Assembly: GCA_033762115.1 (NCBI GenBank) | Contig: JANRLX010000134.1 | Location: 32,001 to 96,000 of the forward strand | DNA length: 64,000 bases | DNA from: Verrucomicrobiota bacterium | GTDB taxonomy: Bacteria; Verrucomicrobiota; Verrucomicrobiia; Limisphaerales; SXQI01 | Direction of reading: 5' to 3' | Shown: positions 38,224 through 48,324 of the stretch, piece after piece | Position numbering within the stretch: the stretch's first letter is position 1 | Layout of the letters: every line of letters begins with the position of its first letter | The notes under the pieces: model-generated | Told to the model about the DNA's origin: nothing | What the model saw: the letters and a program-made list of their open reading frames with translations, nothing else | Database searches by the model: none | Program-made: the position numbers and the translations under genes

Positions 38224-41200
38224 TTGAAGCGTTTGATCTCACAGCGTCACAGGCCGTTTCTTAATCCTGCCATACTCTGGTCAGTTGCATTGATCCTTTC
38301 GGAGCTTCTGGTTTTATCCGCCCCCAACCAATTACTGGTTCGTTTTCGAGAGAATGTTCCGGTCGCCCGCCAAAACATGTTGCTCTCTACGCCTGAAATC
38401 AGTGGCGAAATGGTAATATCAAATGAGGGGGCGGCGCGTGGCCCGCTGAAAATGATCCAGGTCCAGGAGGGGACTGACCGTGAGGAGGTCATCCGCTTCC
38501 TGAAGAACCGGCCGGAGGTGCTGTACGTGGAACCCAATTTCACCACTCATATCGCAGCGCTGCCTGCGGCGAGAGTTCCCAACGACTTCGATTTCGAGGC
38601 ACTGTATGCGATGACCAACCGTATCGCTGGCGGGGCAAAAGGGGATATTCGTGCCACGGAGGCATGGGCCTACACTGTGGGCAGCAGCAATGTCATCGTC
38701 GCCGTGATCGATACGGGGATCGATTACTTTCATCCGGATCTTGTGGAGAATATCTGGAAAAATCCTGGGGAATTTGGAGGAAACGGTCTGGATGATGATG
38801 GAAACGGGTTTGTTGACGATCTTTATGGGTATGACTTCATTGCCGCAGATAGTGATCCGCTGGACGACCATTTGCATGGAACGCATGTGGCAGGGACAAT
38901 TGGCGCTCGTGGGAACAACCGTCTCGGAGTGACAGGGGTTTGCTGGGAAGTTCGATTGATGGGACTCAAGGCTTTTGACCGGGAAGGTGACGGAAGTGTG
39001 GCGGAAGCAATTCAGGCCATCAATTATGCTGTTCGAAATGGCGCCCTCATCATCAACGCAAGCTGGGGCCTTGAACAGGGAAGTAAAGCGCTTCACGAGG
39101 CAATCGAAGATGCCACACGCCAGGGGGTGGTCTTTGTGGCGGCCGCTGGGAATGATCGAAAGGCTGCGGAATTTTATCCCGCGGCCTACCCTGAAGTGAT
39201 TGCGGTGGCTGCAACAGATGCTCGGGATCAACGTGCGCGATTCTCCAATTACGGATCCTGGGTGGACATCGCGGCACCTGGCGAAGCCATTCTTTCAACG
39301 TTGCCCAATAATCAATATGGATACGAAAACGGCACATCCATGGCCTCCCCACACATTGCGGGAGTTGCTGCGCTTCTCCTGGCGAGACAGCCTGGGCTTG
39401 GAGTTGAGGAAGTCAGGAGAATATTGATCAACAGTGTTGATCCGGTGCAGGCAGATCAACCCATTGGCGCTGGTCGAATCAATGCTGCCCGGGCAGTCGT
39501 ATTGGAGGCACCATTGCCAGTCATTGAGTTCAATCCCCCAGGAAAGATAGCAGGGCATTATCTCTTCAGGGGAAGTATATATGGAGACAATCTGGCTTAT
39601 TACAAACTCAGTTGTAAAAGAGGAGAAACAAACGTTCTTATTACCGAAGCGAACCAGCAGATCACAAACGGGATTCTTGGAGAATTCAACTCCTCACTTT
39701 TTCCAGACGGCGTGTACGAATTTCAAGTTACAGCAACAAACCTCAGCGGGGGAATGGCAACAATCACTCGTCGGATATCAATCCAGAACAGTGCGATTGA
39801 GTTTCCTCAATCAGCGGACATTTTACGAACAGGAGGAACGATTGAAATCCGGGGAACGCTCTTTGGAACGTTTACGAATGTGCAACTGGCGTATGCAGAA
39901 GGCCTTAAAAGAGGAGCATGGAAACGACAGGGAATTACGTTATTGGCAACCAATGATGTTATTTCCGGACCAATTGCAAATTGGGACACAACATCGCTTG
40001 CGCCCAATGAATTTTACTCACTCAAGCTGACAACAATCAGTTCAGAAGGAAAAAAACAGGAATTTATCAGCCAGGGAATTTACCTGGATAGTTTTCTTCA
40101 ACCCAACTGGCCGCAATATTTTCCCTCCACCGCAGTTTTTCCGATTCAGGATTGGCGGTTCATAACTCCCGGAGAATTCGGCGCGGAAAAGGAATGGGGG
40201 CTGATCATCCTTGAGCCGGGTATTCAAGACTGGCCAGCCCGTCTTCATCGAATTAATCCCAATGGCACGATTGCCTGGACAGCGACATTGACAAATACTG
40301 TGAATTCCGGGGATGTTCCAACAGTTGGGGATATTACAGGGGATGGCCACCCGGAAATAGTTGTTGATGCCGATGGTCTGATTTTTGCGTTTAACGACAA
40401 AGGGGATTTGCTTCCAGGCCATTGGCCGATCAGGCCCGGAGGAATCGGTTACGGAAAGGCAATCGCAGATCTGGATAATGATGGTACTCCTGAAGTCGTG
40501 GCGCTTTCGACTGACGCGGTTTTTTTGGACAAGGGGGAATGGCGAGAACTGCTAATTATTAACAGCGCAGGAAAAATTCAGACTCGCTGGAGGATTCCAT
40601 TTTGCGGAATTCCAGAAACTCTCGTTCGCCAGTTTCCTGCCGTTGCCAATCTGGATACTGACGCAGAGTTGGAGATCGTTGTTCCTTACCGTTGTGATTC
40701 GATTGCCCTTTTTGAATGGAATCTGCCCCGGATTCCGCGCTGGGTTCTGCCGACAGCAGGAGAAATCAAATGCTCGCCTGTGATTGCAGACCTGAACGGC
40801 GACAAAACCAATGAAATTGTCATGGCCATCGGATCCGGCGGAGGAATTTATGTCGTGACAGGAAATGGAAAAGTGTGGCCGAACTGGCCAGTGTTGGTTG
40901 GGGAATCCTTCGAGGTTACTCCTTCCATTGCAGATGTGGATGGAGATGGATTACTTGAAATCGCGATCCCTGCTGCGAGTTACCTTCACTTGATCGACTC
41001 ACATGGTTTTGAGAAATCTGGCTGGCCAGTTAAAATCGGTAGTTCCCTGTTGTTTGCGAGCAGTGCGATGGCCGACCTGGATGGGGATGGAAAATCAGAA
41101 GTGATCCAATCCACCTCCGGCTATCTTGGCCTTGCTCTTTCTGATGGGGACAAAGAACAGGTCGCAGGCGTGAAAATTTGGCGCGGAACTGGAGAGCGCT

Positions 41201-43092
41201 TCCTCAATCAAAACAGGGAACTGTTACTACCCATTGAGTCCGGCGGGTCCTTGAATCATCACAAAGCAGCCACTCCGATCATAGGGGATTTCAATCGTGA
41301 TGGCAGCCTGGATATATTGATGACCAGTATTCTTGACCGAACGTTTGCGGCGGCAGGACAAACCTCGGAGTATAAAGAAAGGAACAGTATTTATTTCTGG
41401 AGTTTTCCTGAATTCGCTTCCAGCAATCGACTGGCCTGGCCTCAATTTTTTGGAAATGCAGCGCATACCGGCACCGCTTTGGAAAGTGAATTTCCTTCCG
41501 GTCCCCCGGTGATAGGAAGTGATGATTTCCTGATTCTTAAGGAAGATTCACCACGTTCCTTTGATCTACTGCTGAATGACCAGTCAGGTTTGGGCGAACG
41601 CCCAAGGATCATCGCATTTACTCAACCTCCGCATTGCGCAATTGTTGAAACTGACACGAATGGAATTGTCCTTCTAAAACCGGAAACAAATTACTTTGGA
41701 GCAACTGAGTTCTTCTACACGTCGAAATCGGGGGAAAGGACAAATACAGTCAAAGTTCGGATCATGATCAAACCGGTCAATGACCCTCCTGTCGCCATCA
41801 ACAAAGTCGTCACAATGAATCAAAACACTCGGATTGATCTTTTTTATGAAAGCTTCGATGTGGAAGGGGATGAAATCAGGTATGTGATTCTGGACAACCC
41901 AAAAAACGGGGACATTTTTGCATACCCAAACCTCGCCGATTTTCACCCTCAACAAGGCTTTCATGGAACGAATTATTTGATTTATAAGGCGACCGATGGA
42001 AAAGCGGAAAGCGCTCCCGCCACGATCACCATTCATGTCATTGCCACAAACAACCCCCCAAAAGTCAGCAACACCTTTGTTTCCACGCGACCGGGAAAGC
42101 AGGTGGAACTTAGATTTAATGGAACTGATCGGGATAATGATCCTTTGTCCGTGGAGCTGCTCTCCTCCGTAACCAACGGCGTCATTTCGACAAACGACAC
42201 TCTATATTTTTATTTTCCGTTCGACGGGTTCGTTGGAGAGGAAAGAGTGAAATTCCGGATGTTTGATGGGATCGCTCATAGCAGCACGGGCATCGTCACA
42301 ATCTACGTTACAGAGGAAAATTCTCCCCCGAGAGCGCAGGATATGTTTTTCATCACTGCTCCTGAAGTGCCTGTGGAAATTGAATTGGGGGCCAGAGATC
42401 CGGAAGGTGACTTGGTCATGTACCAGGTTTCTAACCTGCCAAAGTTCGGGACGCTTTCCGGCGAGCATCCCCACATTATTTATACACCTCCACTCGGTTT
42501 TACAGGCAAGGACCGTTTTACATTTGTCGCTTCCGATCATTCCCTGACAGGCTTGCCTGGAACAGTGACAATCACTGTTGCACGCAGCAACTCGGCACCA
42601 ATTGCTTTAAATCAGTCGTTTACCGGTTTGACGAACCAGCCTCTTGTTTTTCAACTGGCGTTGTCAGATCAGGAAATGGACCCATTAACGACTGCCATTC
42701 TTAAAGGTCCGAGGCATGGATCATTAATGATGACAGGCAGTGAGCTAACCTATTTTCCTGACTTCGGGTTCGGCGGACGTGATGAGTTTTCCTACAAGGT
42801 ATGGGATGGATTCACCTACAGCCAGGATGCCTTTGTTGAGATTCAGATTCTTCCGGAAATCCGGCAGGAACTTCCTTGGATAGAGATCGGGACTTCTGTG
42901 GATTCGGGAATTGTATTGAGAGTCTTTGGGAAAACAGGTGAAGAATTAAAGGTAGAGCAAAGTCATGACCTTTATAACTGGTCAACAGTGACAGTTGAGG
43001 TCTTAAGGGAAGGGGTGCTTCAATTGTCTCTTCCTGCGACTAACCGGGCCCCTGTTTTCTTTCGGGCTGTGGAAACCGATGAAGAGAGATAG
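38224..43092 (+). CDS. Large secreted S8 protease with FG-GAP/VCBS repeats and tandem cadherin-like (Big_9) repeats
   Basis: VIDTG / HGTHVAG / GTSMASPH; DLDNDGTPE-type repeats; NDPPVA, NSPPRA, NSAPIA ~95-aa repeats. Start (TTG) uncertain. Confidence 0.92.
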   Translation: MKRLISQRHRPFLNPAILWSVALILSELLVLSAPNQLLVRFRENVPVARQNMLLSTPEISGEMVISNEGAARGPLKMIQVQEGTDREEVIRFLKNRPEVLYVEPNFTTHIAALPAARVPNDFDFEALYAMTNRIAGGAKGDIRATEAWAYTVGSSNVIVAVIDTGIDYFHPDLVENIWKNPGEFGGNGLDDDGNGFVDDLYGYDFIAADSDPLDDHLHGTHVAGTIGARGNNRLGVTGVCWEVRLMGLKAFDREGDGSVAEAIQAINYAVRNGALIINASWGLEQGSKALHEAIEDATRQGVVFVAAAGNDRKAAEFYPAAYPEVIAVAATDARDQRARFSNYGSWVDIAAPGEAILSTLPNNQYGYENGTSMASPHIAGVAALLLARQPGLGVEEVRRILINSVDPVQADQPIGAGRINAARAVVLEAPLPVIEFNPPGKIAGHYLFRGSIYGDNLAYYKLSCKRGETNVLITEANQQITNGILGEFNSSLFPDGVYEFQVTATNLSGGMATITRRISIQNSAIEFPQSADILRTGGTIEIRGTLFGTFTNVQLAYAEGLKRGAWKRQGITLLATNDVISGPIANWDTTSLAPNEFYSLKLTTISSEGKKQEFISQGIYLDSFLQPNWPQYFPSTAVFPIQDWRFITPGEFGAEKEWGLIILEPGIQDWPARLHRINPNGTIAWTATLTNTVNSGDVPTVGDITGDGHPEIVVDADGLIFAFNDKGDLLPGHWPIRPGGIGYGKAIADLDNDGTPEVVALSTDAVFLDKGEWRELLIINSAGKIQTRWRIPFCGIPETLVRQFPAVANLDTDAELEIVVPYRCDSIALFEWNLPRIPRWVLPTAGEIKCSPVIADLNGDKTNEIVMAIGSGGGIYVVTGNGKVWPNWPVLVGESFEVTPSIADVDGDGLLEIAIPAASYLHLIDSHGFEKSGWPVKIGSSLLFASSAMADLDGDGKSEVIQSTSGYLGLALSDGDKEQVAGVKIWRGTGERFLNQNRELLLPIESGGSLNHHKAATPIIGDFNRDGSLDILMTSILDRTFAAAGQTSEYKERNSIYFWSFPEFASSNRLAWPQFFGNAAHTGTALESEFPSGPPVIGSDDFLILKEDSPRSFDLLLNDQSGLGERPRIIAFTQPPHCAIVETDTNGIVLLKPETNYFGATEFFYTSKSGERTNTVKVRIMIKPVNDPPVAINKVVTMNQNTRIDLFYESFDVEGDEIRYVILDNPKNGDIFAYPNLADFHPQQGFHGTNYLIYKATDGKAESAPATITIHVIATNNPPKVSNTFVSTRPGKQVELRFNGTDRDNDPLSVELLSSVTNGVISTNDTLYFYFPFDGFVGEERVKFRMFDGIAHSSTGIVTIYVTEENSPPRAQDMFFITAPEVPVEIELGARDPEGDLVMYQVSNLPKFGTLSGEHPHIIYTPPLGFTGKDRFTFVASDHSLTGLPGTVTITVARSNSAPIALNQSFTGLTNQPLVFQLALSDQEMDPLTTAILKGPRHGSLMMTGSELTYFPDFGFGGRDEFSYKVWDGFTYSQDAFVEIQILPEIRQELPWIEIGTSVDSGIVLRVFGKTGEELKVEQSHDLYNWSTVTVEVLREGVLQLSLPATNRAPVFFRAVETDEER

Positions 43093-43161
43093 CATTAACC
43101 AAATCCTTGTTGCCCCGCTTGACGCTTTTGCCTGTGGCAAGAACACTTGTTCCAAGGATAT

Positions 43162-44691
43162 ATGAGGAAGCCTTTGCGGGTTATTATCATCGAGGATTCA
43201 GACTTCGACGCGCAATTGCTTTTAAGCATGCTCCGAAAAGGCGATTATGATGTGCATCATCAGCGGATTGAAACAGGCGAGCATCTGCGGGAAGCGCTGG
43301 CAAAGCATCGGTGGGACTTGATTATTGCCGATTACAATCTGCCTCAATTCAGTGCGCCGGAAGCTTTGGCAATTCTTCAGGAAACCCATCTGGACCTTCC
43401 TTTCATAATTGTTTCCGGAGGCATTGGAGAAAGCACTGCTGTCGCCGCCATGAAGGCAGGCGCTCATGATTATTTAATGAAAGGCAACCTGGCGCGCCTG
43501 GTGCCAGTGGTGGAAAGGGAATTGAGGGAAGCCGCCAATCGGGAGGGAAAGCGCCAGACCAGGGAAGCTTTGGTGGAAAGTGAGTTGCGTTATCGATTAC
43601 TTTGGGAAACCGCGACTGATGCGGTCCTGCTGATTGATGATCATGGAACCATCCAGTTTGCCAACCCTGCGGTGGGCCTCGTTTTTGGTTATTCCCCCAA
43701 CGAACTGATCGGCAAGCATGTTTCCAGCCTTCAACCCGCATCCGATGTGATGGGTGCGCGGAACAGCATCATGGATTATTTGCGTCCGGGGCGTCGTTCG
43801 GAGCAGGGGAGACCCATAGAAAGTTTTGCAATTCGAAAAAATGGCGCGGAATTCCCTGTCGAAGTGGTTTACCGCGACATGACAATGGAAGATAAGCATT
43901 GGCATGTGGCATTCATTCGGGACATCTCGGACAGGTGGCGCACAGAACAGGCTTTGCGGGAGACCGAGGAGCAATTCCGAGTGGCCCACGATATCCAGCA
44001 ACATCTTTTTCCCAAAGTGGCCCCGGTCATCCCGGGATTTGACCTTGGGGGAGCCTCCTTCCCCGCAGAAGCCACGGGCGGGGATTATTTCGATTATCTC
44101 CAGATGCTGGATGATTCATTGGGGATTGTGGTTGGAGATGTGACCGGACATGGAATCGGCCCGGCATTGCTGATGGCGGAAACAAGGGCCTACCTCCGCG
44201 TCCTGGCAAAAAACCGTGATGGCCCGGGAGAAATATTGACCCGTGCCAATCTCGTTCTTGCGGAGGATGTTGGGTTTGAACGTTTTGTTACTCTCTTCCT
44301 GGCAAAATTAACTCCCGCGAATAAATCATTGAGTTTTTCAAGTGCTGGTCATGTTCCGTGTTATATCCTGGATCAAAGCGGACAGATTAAAAAGACCATG
44401 AAACGCACTGGTGTGCCCCTTGGATTGCGACGGCATACTGTTTACGAAACGAGTGAAGTGATCGGATTGCAATCAGGCGATATTGTTCTGATGCTCACCG
44501 ATGGATTTGAAGAGGCAGCTTCTCCGAGTGAAGAGTTGTTTGGGGTCGATAAAATCCTGGACCTTGTCCGCGAATGCAGGGAGCTAAGGGCTCGAGAGAT
44601 TGTGGAACGATTGCATCAGGCAGTCCTCGAATTTTCCGGTGAGGTGCCGCAGAATGATGACCTCACGGCAGTGGTGATCAAGGTTTCTTAG
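43162..44691 (+). CDS. Receiver-PAS-SpoIIE (PP2C/RsbU-like) phosphatase
   Basis: REC (IIEDS, IADY, DYLMK), PAS (FANPA..FGYS), GGDYFD, GDVTGHG, TDGFEE, DDLT. Confidence 0.93.
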   Translation: MRKPLRVIIIEDSDFDAQLLLSMLRKGDYDVHHQRIETGEHLREALAKHRWDLIIADYNLPQFSAPEALAILQETHLDLPFIIVSGGIGESTAVAAMKAGAHDYLMKGNLARLVPVVERELREAANREGKRQTREALVESELRYRLLWETATDAVLLIDDHGTIQFANPAVGLVFGYSPNELIGKHVSSLQPASDVMGARNSIMDYLRPGRRSEQGRPIESFAIRKNGAEFPVEVVYRDMTMEDKHWHVAFIRDISDRWRTEQALRETEEQFRVAHDIQQHLFPKVAPVIPGFDLGGASFPAEATGGDYFDYLQMLDDSLGIVVGDVTGHGIGPALLMAETRAYLRVLAKNRDGPGEILTRANLVLAEDVGFERFVTLFLAKLTPANKSLSFSSAGHVPCYILDQSGQIKKTMKRTGVPLGLRRHTVYETSEVIGLQSGDIVLMLTDGFEEAASPSEELFGVDKILDLVRECRELRAREIVERLHQAVLEFSGEVPQNDDLTAVVIKVS

Positions 44692-44808
44692 AAAGGTTTT
44701 TCACCTGTTTGCTCTTCAGAAACAGATTATTTCCATCAAACCATTGTTGTGTATTGATGTTTATTCTGAATCGCGCTAATTGGATCAGGTCATCATCAAG
44801 ATGCCGCT

Positions 44809-47800
44809 ATGACAGTTCATCAAAGCATTGGGTTGCACCTGGAAGGGGAGTCATCAGACCGTCCGCTTCGATATGTGAATTTGAAGCTTGCCGCCTTGGG
44901 TTGTCCCACCGTCAGTAGTGACCAGGACGATTTTCATGAGTTGGCTGGCGCTTTCCTCGCTCATCACCTGGAAAGCGAACGGCTTCTTTCTCATCATCTC
45001 TGTCCTGTGGACCAGCGCATCCAGACGTTTCTGGATGCTTATCTGGCGGGAACTGAACATCCGGTGCGTTTGCTCCATCAAACCTTTATTCTGGACCAGC
45101 ATGGTCTGGCCCGCACTCTCTCCCTGCCAGCCTACGGAGATGAGTTCAAGTCAGACATTATCCACTCCTACAGGGTTAAACAAGGAGTGCTCCACAATCC
45201 CAAAAGTGACCGGCGCACAACTCAGGGCATTTTTCACATTGCCGAGGGTGGGCTTCCCATTCCCGACGACAAGTTGGCTGTTCCCAAGAAAACGTTTGCG
45301 ATGCTTCTGGATAAAGCTCTGCACTCTCCCCGAAATTTAATGCGGCTTCCGTTTACATCCGGCCAGGCACAGGAAGCTGAATGTTGGGTTTCATTATTAC
45401 TCCGTCCCATCGTGTGCCCGTCTGTTCCAGGGTTCATTCGGGAAAAGAGCATGGAAATCCGTTTCTTTGCACCCGGCAACCTGGTCAGCAACCTGGATTT
45501 TGTGGAAAGCATTTTCGGAAATGCCGGGGATCCGTTTTTACCAGAGAATGATGCCTCATTGGATTCGGAACATTGGACCGGTCACACCGGCTGCGTCATT
45601 CTGGCTCCCCACCTGATCACCGTAACAAAAAAAGAGGTGGGATTACCGCATTATGATCAGGCTACAGAGCGCCAGCGCCGGGACGGGATGTGCTGGAAAG
45701 AGGAGTCGGATCTCTATAACAATGGAAGTGCCTTTAAAGTCACGGCCCGTGACACCCGCGGAGTGATGGTGACTGTGATTGCCGATAATTATTTCGGCTA
45801 TTGCAAAAAGGAGGTCAAGACACAGATAAGCTTTTCCTCAAATCTTTACGGTCTTTCCGAGGAAGAACATGCAGGCGGCGCGCTGGTCTTTACCAGCTAC
45901 GACCTGGGTGAGGAATTTAGTGGAGACCTGCATGTGCGTCGGCTTCAGCACTCGTTTGGCGAAGTGGTCTCGCTTTACGGTGGCATCATGGATTTACAAC
46001 CGGAAGGTTACGGGATCGACCGGAACTATCCGAATATTTATTACGTTCCCGAGGATGTTCACATGGATCTTCGCGCCCAAACGGTGAGCTGGAGCCGGGA
46101 TGGGAAAACAGAGAAGATCAAGCTGCTGGCAGACGTTACCTACGTCCGTCCATCCGGCTATAAACTGCACATGGAGAAGATCGATTCGATCCGATCCTGG
46201 CGGCTCGTAGGGACAGTGGCTGAAGGAACGCTTTGCCATAAACCGTGCACGGTTTCAGGAGGAGGCAAATCTGAAATTTCCAAATCAATTACGGACGCAA
46301 TTCTTCATGGCCCCATTTTTGTGGCGGACCTGAAAAAGGATTTGGACAAAGTCGAGCAGTTGATCAATCGCGATTACAGTGATCGTTTTCGTTCTGATTT
46401 TCAGCGCGACAGGGATTCGCGTCCGATCCTGAGTTCTGAGCGCTCCCTCGGGTCGGTAATCAAGCTGCTGACCCCATCGCTTCAGGAATATACCAGTTTT
46501 TATAACGAGTGGCTGGAACAGATTCCGCAATACATCAAGGAACTGGTGTTTGTGGTGAAACGATTTTACAAGCCGGAATGGGGTAAAAACTGGCGGGAAC
46601 ATTTTACTGTCGATGTCGTTAATGGAACTCCTGGCAACGAAATAAAATGTGATAACCGTAAACTGGTCACCAATTACCTGCGTGTGGGGTATGAGGCAGA
46701 TGGAAGCTGGCGAACTTTTGGATTGCGCAAGGATTACCATCCGACGGCTAAAATCGCGATGGAGGATGATATCACCGCCTCGGTGGTGGTGCCGGGTCGC
46801 ATTGTGAACAAGGATGCGGAGGGAGATCAATCATCAGTAAAATTTGTCAAAAATTGCGAATACCGTCTGTTTCAACGGCCGGATGAGGCGATCCATCGCG
46901 GGTATGACAAACAAACTGAGAAAGATTTTTCTCTATCCGATAACTTTTTTTCAAATTACGAACCATTAAGAGCCGAGTTCGCCAAAGAGCTGATCACCGA
47001 TGCGGTAGGATTTGATAAATTTACCCCGCCGATGCAGAACCTGATCAAATCTGTTGCGAATGGCGGCCAATCGTCATTTTTTGTCTCTTCCGCCCATCCA
47101 AGGATCGTGGATGGAAAACCGTCCAAAAATCCACGTTATCTCCAAATTCGGCCTGATCTTGTGAACCCTCGAGACAGTTATCTGGCGGAGATTGCGACGC
47201 GCCTGTTTCGCCGTATTCCATTGAACGAGCCGGTTTACAACCCTGTGCATGCGGTATTGCCTGGGCGGAGAAACAATCCCCCCGACATCAAGAACAACAT
47301 TCGGGCATTGGCCGTGTATAACCCCATTCATTTCATGGAACTGCCTGAGTTGTTCATGGAATATATTTGCAGCATGACCGGAAAATCCCCTTCCACAACA
47401 GGGGCGGGATCTGAAGGAGCTTTAACCAAGGGGCCTTTTAACGCACTTCCTCCAATCTATGACCTGAATAACGCGCTTTTGTCTTATTTACTGACTGGCC
47501 ACAATGGTTTTGTTACGGCCGCGGGGTATGTGGGACCGAAGTGCAGGGTGGACCATGATGTGAGCTTATTGGTTCCAGAGATCTGGAGCCGCATGAGTTT
47601 GCAGGAACGGGACCCACGTTTTCTGATCGAGAATGGATATCTGGAGAAATGCCAGGATTTCGAGCACAAAGGTCAAAAAGTGCTGTTCAGTCGTGTGGGT
47701 TACCGGATCACACTTCGATTTGTCATCATCTTTTTCGGACGAGTGTTCAATCATCCTCATGTTGTTTTCACGCGCGAGATGTTGAAACCGGAATTGCAGG

Positions 47801-48243
47801 ATATGGATGTGTTCCTGGATGGAATGGAAAATATCCTGACCACCCAAAAGCGGGTGGCTGAACATTACTTCTCCGATGGTTCAGTTGAACTTGCCTGTCC
47901 GCCTCTAAAGGCATTGTTGCATATCATGAGAGAAGGAGAGTTTGAAGGCAAAGGATTGGATCATCCGGAAATAAGGGCATTGTTCACGCGTGAATACGCC
48001 ATATCAAGCGATTGGTATGCTGAACGGCTTAAAGCCAAGCAGAAGGCAGAGATTGAGCTTTGGGAGCGGCACGTCAATGCCCTTCAGGCATTCCTTTCCC
48101 GGGATACCCACTCAGATGAAGCACACCGCTTACATATCGAAGACCGACTTATTGACGCCCGAAAACGGCTGCACCAGGTTCGCGATGATGCTTATGTTGA
48201 GTTTCTTCAAGGATCGCTGGGGCTGGAACCAAGTCTCGGCTGA
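44809..48243 (+). CDS. Pyrophosphate-dependent phosphoenolpyruvate carboxykinase (PPi-PEPCK)
   Basis: 1144 aa; HNPKSDRRTT, NYFGYCKKEVK, EEEHAGGA, HKPCTVSGGGKSEISK, EDDIT, KNPRYLQ. Size and motifs match my recollection of the PPi-type family. Confidence 0.85.
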   Translation: MTVHQSIGLHLEGESSDRPLRYVNLKLAALGCPTVSSDQDDFHELAGAFLAHHLESERLLSHHLCPVDQRIQTFLDAYLAGTEHPVRLLHQTFILDQHGLARTLSLPAYGDEFKSDIIHSYRVKQGVLHNPKSDRRTTQGIFHIAEGGLPIPDDKLAVPKKTFAMLLDKALHSPRNLMRLPFTSGQAQEAECWVSLLLRPIVCPSVPGFIREKSMEIRFFAPGNLVSNLDFVESIFGNAGDPFLPENDASLDSEHWTGHTGCVILAPHLITVTKKEVGLPHYDQATERQRRDGMCWKEESDLYNNGSAFKVTARDTRGVMVTVIADNYFGYCKKEVKTQISFSSNLYGLSEEEHAGGALVFTSYDLGEEFSGDLHVRRLQHSFGEVVSLYGGIMDLQPEGYGIDRNYPNIYYVPEDVHMDLRAQTVSWSRDGKTEKIKLLADVTYVRPSGYKLHMEKIDSIRSWRLVGTVAEGTLCHKPCTVSGGGKSEISKSITDAILHGPIFVADLKKDLDKVEQLINRDYSDRFRSDFQRDRDSRPILSSERSLGSVIKLLTPSLQEYTSFYNEWLEQIPQYIKELVFVVKRFYKPEWGKNWREHFTVDVVNGTPGNEIKCDNRKLVTNYLRVGYEADGSWRTFGLRKDYHPTAKIAMEDDITASVVVPGRIVNKDAEGDQSSVKFVKNCEYRLFQRPDEAIHRGYDKQTEKDFSLSDNFFSNYEPLRAEFAKELITDAVGFDKFTPPMQNLIKSVANGGQSSFFVSSAHPRIVDGKPSKNPRYLQIRPDLVNPRDSYLAEIATRLFRRIPLNEPVYNPVHAVLPGRRNNPPDIKNNIRALAVYNPIHFMELPELFMEYICSMTGKSPSTTGAGSEGALTKGPFNALPPIYDLNNALLSYLLTGHNGFVTAAGYVGPKCRVDHDVSLLVPEIWSRMSLQERDPRFLIENGYLEKCQDFEHKGQKVLFSRVGYRITLRFVIIFFGRVFNHPHVVFTREMLKPELQDMDVFLDGMENILTTQKRVAEHYFSDGSVELACPPLKALLHIMREGEFEGKGLDHPEIRALFTREYAISSDWYAERLKAKQKAEIELWERHVNALQAFLSRDTHSDEAHRLHIEDRLIDARKRLHQVRDDAYVEFLQGSLGLEPSLG

Positions 48244-48278
48244 CAAAACTTCGATTTCGGCACCCTTCAGACAATAAA

Positions 48279-48310
48279 AAACGCTTACATACCTGGGTAT
48301 GTAAGCGTTT
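48279..48310. terminator. Likely bidirectional terminator between convergent genes
   Basis: Perfect 15-bp inverted repeat AAACGCTTACATACC-TG-GGTATGTAAGCGTTT with an A tract upstream. Confidence 0.8.
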
Positions 48311-48324
48311 GAACCTTCGAGATT

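Noticed and set aside
43141..43152. GAAC-N4-GTTC (Gram-positive SOS-box-like) upstream of the phosphatase
   Set aside because: Single site before a non-repair gene; the LexA motif I recall for Verrucomicrobia has the opposite arrangement (TGTTC-N4-GAACA), and none was seen before polX.
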